Shown here piece after piece: positions 38,293-50,693 of a stretch of 64,000 nt of DNA; position 1 is the stretch's first letter, and each line of letters begins with the position of its first letter. Both the position numbers and the translations under genes were made by a program. Under the pieces are notes generated by a model. The model saw only the letters and a list, made by a program, of their open reading frames with translations, searched no databases and was not told where the DNA came from. This DNA is from Stegostoma tigrinum. Taxonomy: Eukaryota. The stretch is taken from NCBI RefSeq assembly GCF_030684315.1, contig NC_081361.1, positions 18,217,861 to 18,281,860 on the forward strand, in the 5' to 3' direction.

Positions 38293-40289
38293 ACCCATGC
38301 GTTGACTGGGGACTGCGGACATCCATGATAAGCTAAATGGCAAGACAAGACAGAGTTAATCTAAGACTTGGATGTCCAGCAAAGGTGGCAAAGAACAAAG
38401 GGGAAGCTAAGTTGGGAATGCTGTCAGTTTCAAGGTAGCCTCAGAGTAAACGGGTGGTATGACAGTGAGTGAAGATCCCGGAGATTCAGCCTGGTCCAGT
38501 CCATGAGCTGGACGGGTGTTCCCATGCACACAGTTTCATCACTGCAGTATTACAGTGATAGTTACTTGTGAAACCCAAGGCATGCCAATAAAGTGCAAAG
38601 ACGTCCTGCAATTGAATCAAAGAAAAGTAATGAAGGCCTTTAGAGGCTGGCACATATTTGATACCGATATCTCTGGATGAGGGGCCCATGTGGCTGATGC
38701 CCATGGAGATTGCCTTGAGATGTTTGTGCCCAGTGGATACCATTTCAAGCAAGTGGTGAGCTGAAGTCGCCAGGTATCTGCTGTGATTTTCAAATCATAT
38801 TTTCTCAAAATTTGCCTTGACTGGCATGTTTGGTAAGATGGGAAATGAAATAATAATGAGGCGAGTTGTGGTATTAACAAGTTATTTCATAAATGATAAA
38901 CCATTTAAATGGCACCTCACTGCTGTTTAGTCAGAAAGTGACCCTACCACTTGTCAAAAGCACAGTCACGTCACTCAGATTCTGATGAGATCTGTGTTGT
39001 ATTGACACAGATCTTTCTGTGAAAATAACTCTGAAGGCGACATAAAATAAATTATTTTCAAGTGGAATGACTGTTACATCACTAGATTCAAAAGCTATTT
39101 TACAGCAGCTTCATCTTACAAACGTCAATGTGATGATGACCGTCTATTATTGCATGCTCACCCAGCCACTGGAAAATCCTCATGCTGTTCTCCAAATGGT
39201 GTTATTTTAACATCCAGCGGAGAGGTTTAACAGAACATTTAAATGAAGGTGCCTGCATCAAAGCAGTGTTCCTTCAGTTCGATCAGACACTTCTGGTGAA
39301 GAGTCACTGGATACTGGGTGCTAGCATTTGAACCAAATCAACATGGCAACTGCTGTACGATGAAATTATACCTTCTTGTAACTTCTCAGTGTAAAATGTA
39401 TTGCTATATCTCTGACAATACAGTGAGGGCACAGCAGATTTACAGTCTCTAACGAGTTCCTCACTCTCCTGAGAATTGCACAGTCAGAGTCCTGCGGTAT
39501 AAAAAGGATGTGAATAGTATGAGTGATTCCATCTCCTCAGGAATTGGACCAATGACAGGAAAGTATATAGGACAAGAAAAAATATGACTTTAAATGTTTG
39601 GAACACTCAGCAGGGGAGGCAACATCTGTACAAAGTGCAGGGTCGCCAATGCTCCAGGATTACCCTGAAATCTCCAAGAATTGAAGATTAATCTCTTAGA
39701 AGCGTAGCTGGTGAATGTATCACAGAGAATGAGGAGAAAGCAAAGACATTGAACAAATACCTTGTGTCTGTCTTTACAGTTGAAAATGCAAATTGTACAC
39801 CAAAAAGAGAGGACAACTTATTTGCCAAAAATAATGAAGAATGAAGAAAGAATATCAGGAGAGAAAAAGAACAGAAGCAGTTTCAGAGGTTAGAATCCAA
39901 CAAATCCCAAAGGTCTCATGTCTCTATCATTGGGTTGTAAAAAGTGATAGCAGGTGGAATTTTACCAGAAATCAACCCAGAGTCATTTTCACCAGTTTCT
40001 TGGAGGGTCTCATTCTGAGAGAGTTCTCTCACATGATCATCCCAAGACCACCTATCGAGCCCAGCCATGCGATGCTAGCTGTATTTCTCCCTCACCATAA
40101 ACGAGGTTTCCACTCAGGCCACTGCAGCCTCCATAGTCCAGAGAAAGACTAGCAGTGCCAAAAGAAGATCTATGACCATCAAACTACACAATACCCAGTT
40201 CAGCAAGGCCTGTTGTTGGTTTCTCAACATGTTGATTCAGAAAACCATACAGCACACACTTAATTGACAAGACAATGGCCTAAGATTGT

Positions 40290-40576
40290 TATTGCTGAAC
40301 TGTGAATCCAGAGACCCAGTTAGTGTTCCGGGGACTTGGGTTTGAATCCCGTTACAGCAGATGATGGAATTTGAATTCAATAAAAATCTGGAATTAAGAG
40401 TCTAATGATGAGCATGAATCCATTGTCCTTTAAAAGAAAGGACATTCTTGCTTACATGTAACGCCAGACCCAGAGCAATTTGGTTGACTCTTAACTGCCC
40501 TCTGAACATTTAGGAATGGGTAATAAATGCTAACCTAGGCAGAGATGCCCTCATCCCATGAATGAATTTAAAAAAT
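40290..40576 (+). mobile_element. tRNA-head SINE with CR1-like 3' tail (second, decayed copy at about 45100-45385)
   Basis: aatccagagacc...gggtttgaatccc...ggaatttgaattcaataaaaatctggaatt...tggttgactcttaactgccctctg...gggtaataaatgct...catcccatgaatgaatttaaaaaa. Confidence 0.7.
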
Positions 40577-41677
40577 ACTTCAGGAATTCCTCCTCTATGA
40601 AACGATAACTGATTTGCTTTGCCCAATTTTTATGCAAACTGATTTCACTTGACTCTTGAAGTAAGTGACTTTTCAATATATTTGGAGCTGTACCTTTCTG
40701 CTGGTGTCTTCAATTTCCTGATTGGTGCCTTTTGCTAAAGTTTCCACCAGAGTTTAGTGTAGTGTATATACATCAACCACTGTCAATTTCTGTCCCTTGG
40801 TGTTTCTAAACTCTACCCAGAATCTATTTCACCAGAACGAATATCCATTGTAACTCCATATTAATTCTACTCCATAACCAGCAACACTAACCCACCTCCT
40901 TCTTGTCTGTCCTTCCAAAAAACTGAATATCCCTGGAGCCCAGCTTCAGACATAGCGGATGTAATGGTTTCTAATTTACCAAAATACCCTGGATCCTAGA
41001 AAAGCCAGAGTGGAGTGGAAATGTAACACTGCTATTTAAGAAAGAAGGAGGAGCAAAAATGAGGAACTAAGGCCAGTTCGCATGGCATCAATCACTTGGG
41101 AAAGTGCTTACTAAAATTCCTTAATGAAGTATGTTTCAGCAAAGCACTTTAAAAAAAATGGAATCATCCAATTAAATCAACATGATCAAATGGAAGAAGA
41201 CTTTCCATAACGGAGGCAGGACACCTGCAAGTAAGTCCAAGATCAGCCTGGTTCCTGGCATATTTGACAAATATATTCTGTTTTGAGAGTCTAACTAGTG
41301 AGGTAGGTAAGAGGAACCCAACAGTTGCATTATACCTGGATTTCCAAGAGGCATTCTGCAAGGTGCCACACTAATGGCGAATAGATAAGATAAGGGCTCC
41401 GGAACTGAAGGTAATGTATGAGCATGAATACAGAGTTGGTTAACACGCAGGACGTAACAAGTAAGAATTGTTGCGACTGTGACTAGAGTAGTACATTGAT
41501 AATCGAGCCCTGCTATTTTATCAGTTTCATCACTGATAGAATATAAATTTGTTGATTCAGTTACCATGATGACCAATTGCTTTTCTATTGTCATATTATC
41601 CAGGATAAAAGAAATATTCACCAGGCTTCCTGAATGAAATCAAAGGAATCCATTTGTTGGGAACAAACTTATTTTTA

Positions 41678-41815
41678 AAGCTCTGAAGAAGGATCACTGG
41701 ACCTGAAGAATTAAATTGGCTTTTTCTCCAAAAATGCTGTCAGACGTGTTGAGTATCTCCAGTAATTTTTGTTTTTGCTTCAGATTTTCAGCAGCCATAG
41801 TCGTTTCTGATTTTA
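41678..41815 (+). mobile_element. PLE 3' tail with decayed hammerhead core
   Basis: ctctgaagaaggatcactggacctgaag...gctgtcagacgtgttgagtatctccagtaatttttgtttttgcttcagatttt. Confidence 0.6.
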
Positions 41816-42191
41816 ATTTTCAGGCAAGTGGCAAACATTGGCTCACACCAAAGGGTATGATTCGGAATTAAAACTGCATTTGTCAGATACATTCACACGC
41901 TATGGAAAGACAAGTCTTCGCAGAATTTCTTTTATAAAAAACAAACGAGTAAATACAATTGTTCAGAAATAAAGGACAGCATGAACCACACAAACTCGTT
42001 AGATATTCTAATTTAGATGTACTATTTTAATAGATTTTGGTTCCACTCACTCATTTCATCTGGCGTTTAGGATCGTATCAAAAATCTAAGGAGTATGGTA
42101 TATCATATCGAGTAAAACATGGAGCTAGATTGTAAGGGTGGGGTGAACAAAACCCCTCCTTAAGGGATAAGTTGTACCTATATTGGGGCAA

Positions 42192-42268
42192 GATAATGAA
42201 GTGTGAGGCTGGATGAACACAGCAGGCCCAGCAGCATCTCAGGAGCACAAGAGCTGACGTTTCGGGCA
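42192..42268 (-). mobile_element. 77-bp PLE tail insertion with 13-bp TSD
   Basis: Same family as 33339-33430; TSD tatattggggcaa at 42179-42191 and 42269-42281. Confidence 0.92.
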
Positions 42269-43010
42269 TATATTGGGGCAACTCACCCATCTACAACTCA
42301 ATATCTGTTAAACCATAAGACACTCTTCTGCACCATCAGGGATAAAAACTAGCCTTATGGATGTGCCAGTCAATGTAATAGCAAGCCACTATCTGGTGGC
42401 ATCAGCACTATCAGGAAAGGTGGCCACTCCTGGCACCGTGGTCAATCCCGAAGAAGACATTCCATTATGGAGGTAGGACAGCTGCAGGTAAGTCCAAGGT
42501 CACCCTGGGGCCAGGTCCCAGCAATGCAAGAGTGAGGGGAGATGGGGATGGACAGAATCCAGAATGGATGGGGAAGTACAAAGATGGGGAGATGTTTTGC
42601 TGGGGGGAGGGCAGGGAAATGATGGCAGGGGTTGGAATGGACATAAGGGGTGATAGCTGACCAGCCTGTCCAACCACAAAACAAATTACATAAACAGGGA
42701 AGATCTTTGTTGAGTAGAGTATATTTTGAGTGACATGAAATATCTGATGGCTATAGTCCTGGGCTGCTCAATGGCATTTAAAGTTTTAAGTTTTCTAAGG
42801 AAGCCCAAGTAGATATTGAAGGGGCAAATGAATAATGGATGGATGTAATTACTCTGAAGCCTGCAATTGAATCAAATTGCAGCATTAAATTTGACAACAG
42901 TCTGTCACTTTTCAAGTTTAAGTTCGACACAAATTTTTTTTTATTTATTTTTTAGATTCTATGGGTATATCATCTTAGTCAACTTGAGGAAACAATTCAA
43001 TTTTCATAAT

Positions 43011-43236
43011 AACAAAATGTGAAGCTGGATGAACACAGCAGGCCGAGCAGCATCTCAGGAGCACAAAAGCTGACGTTTCGGGCCTAGACCCTTCATCAGA
43101 GCTGAATCCTCTGATGAAGGGTCTAGGCCCGAAACGTCAGCTTTTGTGCTCCTGAGATGCTGCTCGCCTGCTGTGTTCATCCAGCCTCACATTTTGTTGC
43201 CTTGGATTCTCCAGCATCTGCAGTTCCCATTATCTC
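43011..43236. mobile_element. Fold-back (palindromic) PLE-tail insertion with a hammerhead core on each strand and 13-bp TSD
   Basis: Arms 43011-43101 and 43109-43198 are near-perfect reverse complements; TSD caattttcataat at 42998-43010 and 43237-43249. Confidence 0.95.
43111..43138 (+). ncRNA. Minimal hammerhead ribozyme core (PLE type); identical cores on - at 43072-43099 and 33402-33429
   Basis: CUGAUGA-A-GGGU(CUAG)GCCC-GAAA-C-GUC: both catalytic boxes, stem II hairpin, palindromic ACGU in place of stem III, GUC cleavage triplet. Stem I is only about 2 bp. Confidence 0.7.
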
Positions 43237-46200
43237 CAATTTTCATAATGCTGTTTTGAAACAGAAAGGTATGAGGAAACCTAAACTACTGGATGATAGC
43301 AGCACTGTTGCATTACAGCAGTGAAAAGTAGTCATTGTTAGCTTTGCAACAGTGGCAGCAGTCTCACCCGAATGTAAGACATTGATCAATTGTAATACTT
43401 CTGAGCACAAAGTCATGTTTGGAAATTACTGTCTGGTTCTGAGTAAGTTTTGTAGTGTCAGAGTTGTCAGCTTTTGGAGAAGATGTTTAACTGAGCCACT
43501 GGTTGCTTACTGTGCTCAAATGTTGTGGCCTTGTGTAAACAGGGATGGTGGATTTCTGCCTGGTTTCTTGCTAAAACATACAAGTCCAAAAATATTCATA
43601 AAAACAGTGAACAGTATCTGGTCATTACCATTTGGCAGTTTGTTGGAGTTTGCTGTGTGCAAATGGTCAGCCGTGTTTCCCACAACACAGCAAATGAAGT
43701 TTGGAAAGTATGAAGTTTTTGAGCCTGCTTCAAAGTTGTCTAAAGGCGCAAGTTGAATCAAAGCTTCCCCATGTTCCATTTGTGTGGCCTACTGAGGTAT
43801 CTGAAAGATTAGAACCCTGGCATGGTACGAGGTGGCTTGTTTTCCTTACCTGTGATATTTTAATCATGAATTCAATCACAAAGAAATGGCACAAGGGTAG
43901 GATAATCACACAGTATGTACTAAATGGTATTGGTTCATTGAGAAACTGCAAGGAAAGAGAAAGACGTTGTCTTATCTTAACACCAATGAAAAGACATAAG
44001 TACCAGATCTCCTTTTCAGAATCAATTACATTTCACTTATATCCACAAAGACCAGACACTATAGGATGAATAACAAAATTTGTGACCAGCAGTACCAGAA
44101 CCAGTAGTCCACTTTTATTCTTGGCCTATAAACCAAATGGTGCTGGTGGAGTCTTTAGAGGATTCAAAGGTCAATGTAAAGGTTGAATTAACCTCAGGAA
44201 TGTTTTGAAGGGACTTTGAGGACTGATGTGACCACCTACCCTCTTGACAGCTGACCAGCCCTCCCAACCAGCAATCAAATTAATGGACGTATTGGTCGCA
44301 TGTGGGCCGGCCTCATGGTGCCTTCACCCCTATGGCCATGCTTCCAGGAAGGCTGTGAAGGGAACTCGGTGGAGATGGGGAAGTGTATCCATGACATGGT
44401 GCCCACCTTTACGAACAAACCCTCCTCACAAGACACCCATGCAAACAGAGATGAATTGGAAAACAGCAGTTAATTGCTCAAACAGGTTTTGTGTTCTTTC
44501 TCAGAAGGTTTTTTTTTAACAAAACAACGAGTCCAGTGAGTTCACAATGGTTTGACTGTGATGTCATAAACCAACAAACAAGGAAACTTGTGACAACACA
44601 AACAACAATCAACAATAGCTGCTGGGTCCTTTTCAGGCAATGAAAAACATTGATAATTTGTGCATTCAACTCAAATCAAATCAGGTTTTTTTACACTATC
44701 ATGAAGCTTTCTGATTTATCAAATTAGTGTCATTCGATTGTCTTTGTTGCTGCAATAAGAGACTTTTACTAAATTAATATGGTTAGCTGAACTGTTTAGT
44801 TGAGAAGACAACGGGAGCTTTTGTGATCTGAATTGTTCATGACAAGCCACCAAACTGTTAAGAAGTCCGACATATCAACTTTCAATCTAAATGCTTGTTT
44901 AGGGAGCAACTGCCACCGCTACTTTGATGTTCGATCCAACTCTGGAGAAATTGGTTGTTTTTGTTTCTGCATTTCAAAAGCGAGGCGTTGTATGTTTGCC
45001 TGCTCCTGTCTCCTCAATAATTGTCAATGGGCTTCACTCTCAATCATGCTGTGTAAATAGGTGGCATTCTCCCAGCCTTTTTGCACAAGGGTACAGACGT
45101 GTGCTAGTGTAACTAGATGAGTAATCCAGACATGTGAGCCTGTTGTTTGAGACATGCAAATTCAAATCCCAGTACAGCAGCGAGAGGTATTTATGTTCAA
45201 TTAATTCGGAATTCGGAATAAAAAGCCAATAATGGTGACTGCAAAGCTCCTCGATTGCTGTGAAAATCTAGCGGTTGCACAAATGTCTTTCAAAGTAAGA
45301 AATATGCTGTTGTCATCCGGTCTAACGCGTAGTTGTCCAGAATGGCTGCAAGGTGGTTAACTCTTAACTGCCCACTGAAATTACCACAAATGCAGCAGTG
45401 TGGAATCAGAACAACAAAGACATGGGGGATTTTGGTTTTGAGGCACCAGTAATTAGCAGTCTTCGTCCTGCAGGAAATTGAATAAAAGACTGTAGGACTA
45501 GGACTAGAAAAACTTTAAAGTACAGCATTTTTGCCATTCTGTAGACTGTAGATGAACTCCTTTGTTATTGCATTTTCCCGACAACTTCAGCTTCTTATTT
45601 TCTGACCTGAGCTTTTCTTATGAACTGTGTGTGATGAATAGAATACCTGAACGCTGTAGTGTCTTGAGAATACATGACTGTTTTCCACTTGATGCGCATG
45701 TAACCAAAATCAGGTCCTTCAGTTCACTTGTTGTGAAGCCCAAATCAATTGTTTGCAAGCTGGTTTTTGAAACCCTTTGTATAGCTGTAGAAATGAGCTT
45801 TCAAAAAAAAATGTACTCTTTATTTCTTGTCTGGTATCTCTGTTGCAGCCCAGCTTTTAGATCCTCGAATCAAGGACGCAATGTTGTTTTTTTAATTTAA
45901 GAAATAGTTTCTGTTGTTTATTTGCCAATTTCCTCTGCTATCCCGGAAAGTAGTGTAGTGTTGGCCATGGGCCAAGATAGAACTTTTAATCATTTCCTCA
46001 AATGCATTCAAATGGCGTTATTTATATGTAGCTAGAAGAAAGACTAGCCGGAGCTGGGTTCAGCATCAGGGCAATGGGACCTGTAGAGAGGTTTGACTTG
46101 GGTGAGGGGAAGACGCCGGAGTAGCTGGAAGGCTCTCAAACCTTGAGGACTGTTTTATGTCAGTAAAAGCACATTAATGTCAGTTTTGTTTGTTCAGTGC

Positions 46201-47635
46201 ACAACATTCATATAAATGATATTAGTAGAGAAGATTTAATTCTAGTACTGATAATGATAATCAAGACCACAAAGAATTAGACATATAAAAAGCAATTTTT
46301 TAAATTCTGCCTGAGGATTAATCTTTAAACTACCTGCTCAGTAACCTCAGAGCTACAGTTCCTCAGATTAGCGCTGCTGCCCTGCATAGGTACAATACCA
46401 TCATTTCCAAATATCTCCTCTTGGTAGAGTGTGTACTTCTTGACTAATTGTCTCACTTGAGTCCACAGGACACAATGCAGTGGAAAAGATAGCAAAATGA
46501 TGAGTTATATTTGTGCAAGATAAGGACAGCTATAATTTTAACAGCAGAAACTATTGTAGTGTGTTTGGTGTGAGTTCAAACCTTTATAGATGTTCTCCTG
46601 AAAGCTGATCGTAAATTATAGAATTTTGTTGTATCAATGAAGGACACAGACCATCTTGCCCAGAATGTGTAAAATTTAAAACAAACAGTATAGGCAGCAA
46701 TGAAACAAGAAAAATGAAATCGGGGATGCGAAATGGATTTGTGCATGGAGTAAAGGTGTGTGCAATTGGAAAAAGGAACAGTAAACAACTTGTGATGATG
46801 ACAGGTGCCAAAAGAAAGTGATAACTCACCGCATCACCTCTAACCTTAATAGCTTTGGTAAAAGTTTATTGTTTTGACATTGTATCTCAATTATTGTCAG
46901 AAGCTCTGATGAACTATGCGTAGCTGGATGAGACTGAACAAATGGAATAAAAATTAGTCTTCCGTTATCTGTCTCCCAAATAGCTAAGTGCAGAAAGAGC
47001 CAAGACCTTGCAGCTTGAGTATTTGCTGACTTCATGAGTGGATTAGGGTTAGACTTGGCAAGAGTCCAATTTAAGGCTGCAATCTGGAGTTAGAGACAAT
47101 GGAATTGCATTTAAAATAAAATTGGCTTTTTCGTCATTGCCATGTTGATGTAATTGCAATTCCCTGTGCTATAAACAACATAATAATAGCCTCAGCATGA
47201 CCGTTCCAGTCAAAGCTGTGAAACGAAATCTATTATTTATTGGATTATTCTAGTTAATGGAAGAATCCATTGAAAGTCAGAATTATTTCCTTGGTTTTAA
47301 GATGGCTTTATATTCCTATTAAAAGCAGATGACATCTTTCTGTGAAATGAAGCTCAAATCTGCTCTGATCATTTTGAGCATGGCCAGTGCATGGAGACAC
47401 AGCTTTAAATTCAAATTCAAAAGAGCACCTTATTGTGTGAGGGCCTTAGCAACTTTGAGTGATCTTTCTATGATGTCACTGATCAACTTCCCACATAGTA
47501 TCAATAGCAAATTATGGGTGGAACTAAACAGACTATTTGAAGAGAGACAGACATACAGATGGCCGTCTCTCAACATTGTGACCATAAATTCAGAACCTGG
47601 TCAATCTCAGATTACTACATATAGTTTTATGTGAC

Positions 47636-48240
47636 AGAGTCATAGAGTCTTACAGCACAGAAACAGACCTTTCGATCCAAAAAGTCCTTGCTGAACATAA
47701 TGTCAAACTAAACTAGTCCCAACTGCCTGCTCCTGGCCAATATCCCTCCAAACTTTCCTATTCATATACCCATCCAAATGTCTTTTAAACATTGTAACTG
47801 TACACACATCCACCATTTCCTCAGGAAGTTCATTCCACATGTGAACCACCTTCTATGTAAAAAAATTGCCTCTTATATCTGTTTTACAATCTCTCTTCTC
47901 TCACCTTAAAAATGTGTCCCCAAGTCTTGAAATTCCCCATCTTTGGGAAAAATGAATGGCCTACATACTCTACTCTATCTATACCTCTCATTATTTTATA
48001 AACTTCTATCAGGTCACCTCTCAACTTCCTCCACTCTAGTGAAAAAAAAAATCCAAGCTGATCTAACCTTTCTTTATAACTCAAACCTTCCATACCTGGC
48101 AACATCCTGGTAAACCTCTTCTGTTCTCTCTCCAGCTTGATAATATCCTTCTTCTAAACTGGGTGACCATTACTAGACACATTATTCCAAAAGAGGCCTC
48201 ATCCAATCTCTGTAGAACCTCAACATAACATCCCAACAAG
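47636..48240 (-). mobile_element. CR1 LINE 3' end
   Basis: MLPGMEGLSYKERLDQLG..SLEWRKLRGDLIEVYKIMRGIDRV and a (gagtcata)n tail. Confidence 0.9.
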
Positions 48241-48512
48241 GCTGGTAATATATTGTTATTGTTTCAGAGTTTGTACTCTAAAGTGGAAGAACAATATTTC
48301 GCTTCATAAAGTGTCTTCCATAATTCACTGAATTTGTGCATAAAACCAGATTACTTGAAATCTGATGCTTGGGGACTTAAGGGTGGGGAGAGAAAAGGAA
48401 AGAAAATTGAGATGAAAAATTGAAACTGTCATGGTTAACAAACATAGTTGAACAGATTTAATTACATTTGTATTTCCTGCACAGAGCTTATGAGAAAGCA
48501 GTGACGGTGGAA

Positions 48513-48518
48513 TTTATT
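48513..48518 (-). terminator. Candidate polyadenylation signal (AATAAA) of APOBEC4
   Basis: tttatt on + about 90 nt past the APOBEC4 stop; a second ATTAAA on - at about 48457-48462. Confidence 0.55.
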
Positions 48519-48606
48519 GTAACAATTGGCGGGCCTCAGTCCTGTTTAAAAGAAATTTCATTTTCATTCAGAGATTTAACTCGATTGAAAGAGCTGTTTT
48601 TGACAG

Positions 48607-49719
48607 CTAATTCTTTCTTGTAGGTTTTTCTCTTTTTCCTGCCTTCCTCTGTTGCTTTGAATTGTTTGTTCTTTTCCTCATTGGAGATTCCAAAATTTCA
48701 ACTGTTTTAGTTACTTGAATGTTGCGTAGTGCTGAACTTGTTGGTATTTTCCATTTGGATATGTTTGGCATGTTGAGATGTCTCACAACATTCTTTGGTT
48801 TTGTGTTCTGTTGTTGAAGTGGCTGTACATAAAAAGGCAACGGTAGCTTGTTTGTAAGATTCATGCATGGTTGGAATAGTTGGTTTGGAGCTCTTAACAT
48901 CATTCGATTCATAACTGGAGGTGGTATTTGTGAAATAGGATTCGCAATCATCTCTGCTGGGTTAATATGTTGCATTCGATGTTGCTTTGCTTGGGGTACT
49001 ACATCTACGTAAAAAGGGTTAACGCCAGTAATGGCGGCTATCTGATGGGCATTGCTGAGGTCTGCAAAAGCTCTTTCAGGCAAAACTGAGTTGTAAAGAG
49101 TTAGCCGTGGCACACCATTCACAAACCTGTGAAGAATTGTCAGCCATATCCGACCGCTGATGGGATTGAGGGTCACTCTCGGCCAAAGTGAAGCCAAGTT
49201 ATGGAGAGCTTCTCTATTCCACCCAGATTCAGAAAAGTGATCATCCGTATGGTAGAGTGCAGAGAAATAAATGTCCAACCGTGTGCTGGGAAAACTTAAC
49301 AAGAAATCATATATTTTGGTTATACAGCAGTGGTTTTTTTCATTACATGGGGTGTAGTTGGAATAGATAGTGATGTAAGCAATATCTTCATAGTAGTACA
49401 AGAGTGCATCCAGATAGCCATCCATGTCAAAGAAGATAGATTCTGGATGCAGTTGATATAAAGTACAGTTGGTTACTTGTCCTTTCTGCACTAAAGTACC
49501 AGATGATAACTTCAGTTCATAAAAGACCAGATGCCTGTCAGATTGTGGTTGAGCGTAGGGAAATCCAAACGTTTCATAAAATTCAATGTAGGAAACTCGC
49601 GCCTCTTCCCCAGTTTTGATGTGATAGGGACAATGTGGACATCTTTCAGTGGAATACAGCCAGTAGTAAGGTTTCACTAGTGTCCCTTGAGGAGCAACAT
49701 ATTCTTCATAAGTCATCAT
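48607..49719 (-). CDS. APOBEC4: APOBEC4, putative zinc-dependent cytidine deaminase, 370 aa, single coding exon
   Basis: Intact ORF with GT.VKPYYW, CPHCPYHIKTGEEARV, HPE (49441-49449), PCNEKNHC (PCx6C to the second Cys of CC, 49324-49350), WNREAL..LASLWPRV, KPKNVVRHLNMP and a basic tail. Splice acceptor ccttctctttcag| opens the exon at 49781. Confidence 0.97.
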   Translation of the reverse strand: MMTYEEYVAPQGTLVKPYYWLYSTERCPHCPYHIKTGEEARVSYIEFYETFGFPYAQPQSDRHLVFYELKLSSGTLVQKGQVTNCTLYQLHPESIFFDMDGYLDALLYYYEDIAYITIYSNYTPCNEKNHCCITKIYDFLLSFPSTRLDIYFSALYHTDDHFSESGWNREALHNLASLWPRVTLNPISGRIWLTILHRFVNGVPRLTLYNSVLPERAFADLSNAHQIAAITGVNPFYVDVVPQAKQHRMQHINPAEMIANPISQIPPPVMNRMMLRAPNQLFQPCMNLTNKLPLPFYVQPLQQQNTKPKNVVRHLNMPNISKWKIPTSSALRNIQVTKTVEILESPMRKRTNNSKQQRKAGKREKPTRKN

Positions 49720-50693
49720 TATGATGGTTCCTTTACCTCAATTTTGTTGCAAACTCATATTCAATTAAGGATCATATATTCCTGAAAGAGAAGGTAAAAT
49801 GGGTGTTGACTATAAACAGAACAGAGAAGATCTGTAAGAGGCAAAACTATGAATTTTCCAGATTTGGGACATAAACAGACATAACAGATCAGATCTTCTG
49901 TCAGAATGTGTTTTTTCCATTTTCTCAGATGTAGTGGTTAGAATCTGGAATATATTTCCACAGGAAGTGAAAATGGCTTGAATGCTTTCAAAATGAAAGC
50001 AGCACATTGAAAAAGAATGCAAGGGCACACTGGTAGAAAGAGATGAGGGGATTGGAATTGGAGGGGGCACACCAGACAGAAATGGTACAACTGGCTGGGC
50101 TGACTGGCCCGCTTCAAAACTGTATCAGCGGACAAAGCAAAATTGCACCAGAAACGAACCTATAATTGCAGCAAATTTATGAGTAAAAGCAACACAAAAT
50201 GGCATGAGTATCCATTGTATCCTTTGCACTTTTTACATGATTAGATTGGGATGGTGGTGCTTGTGTCGTTCCTCAGTAATAACCTTTTCAGATATTTTCA
50301 GGGCGCTGAAGAGATTGAGAAGCTGTTTGAAAGTTAAAGTAGGCATTTCTGTGGTGAATTCTTCAGGAATTCATGCATACGGAGTTGGCAAACTTTTATG
50401 TTCATCACTATTGAGAAGAGAATTGAATGATCAGTGGCCATGCCATTTTTAAATGCAGACTTGAGCCCACAATTATGTGGATTCTGACATGCTGTCACAA
50501 AAGGAAATATTTAACTCAACTGGGATTTCTGATGCAAAGTTCCAACACTGAAATGCAAAATTCACTAAACAAACTATTGTAATTACCTACTACAATATTG
50601 CTAGAATTTGTAACAGTTGTGCTTGTCAAATATTGCTCAATGTGCTGAAATTCGTGCACTGTTATAAAGCATAGAGGCGTAAAAAGTACATAC

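Noticed and set aside
44924-45112. ORF containing TLEKLV, as in the RalGDS/RGL REM domain (AGTLEKLVE)
   Set aside because: Flanking residues do not match and there is no convincing exon structure; chance hexapeptide.
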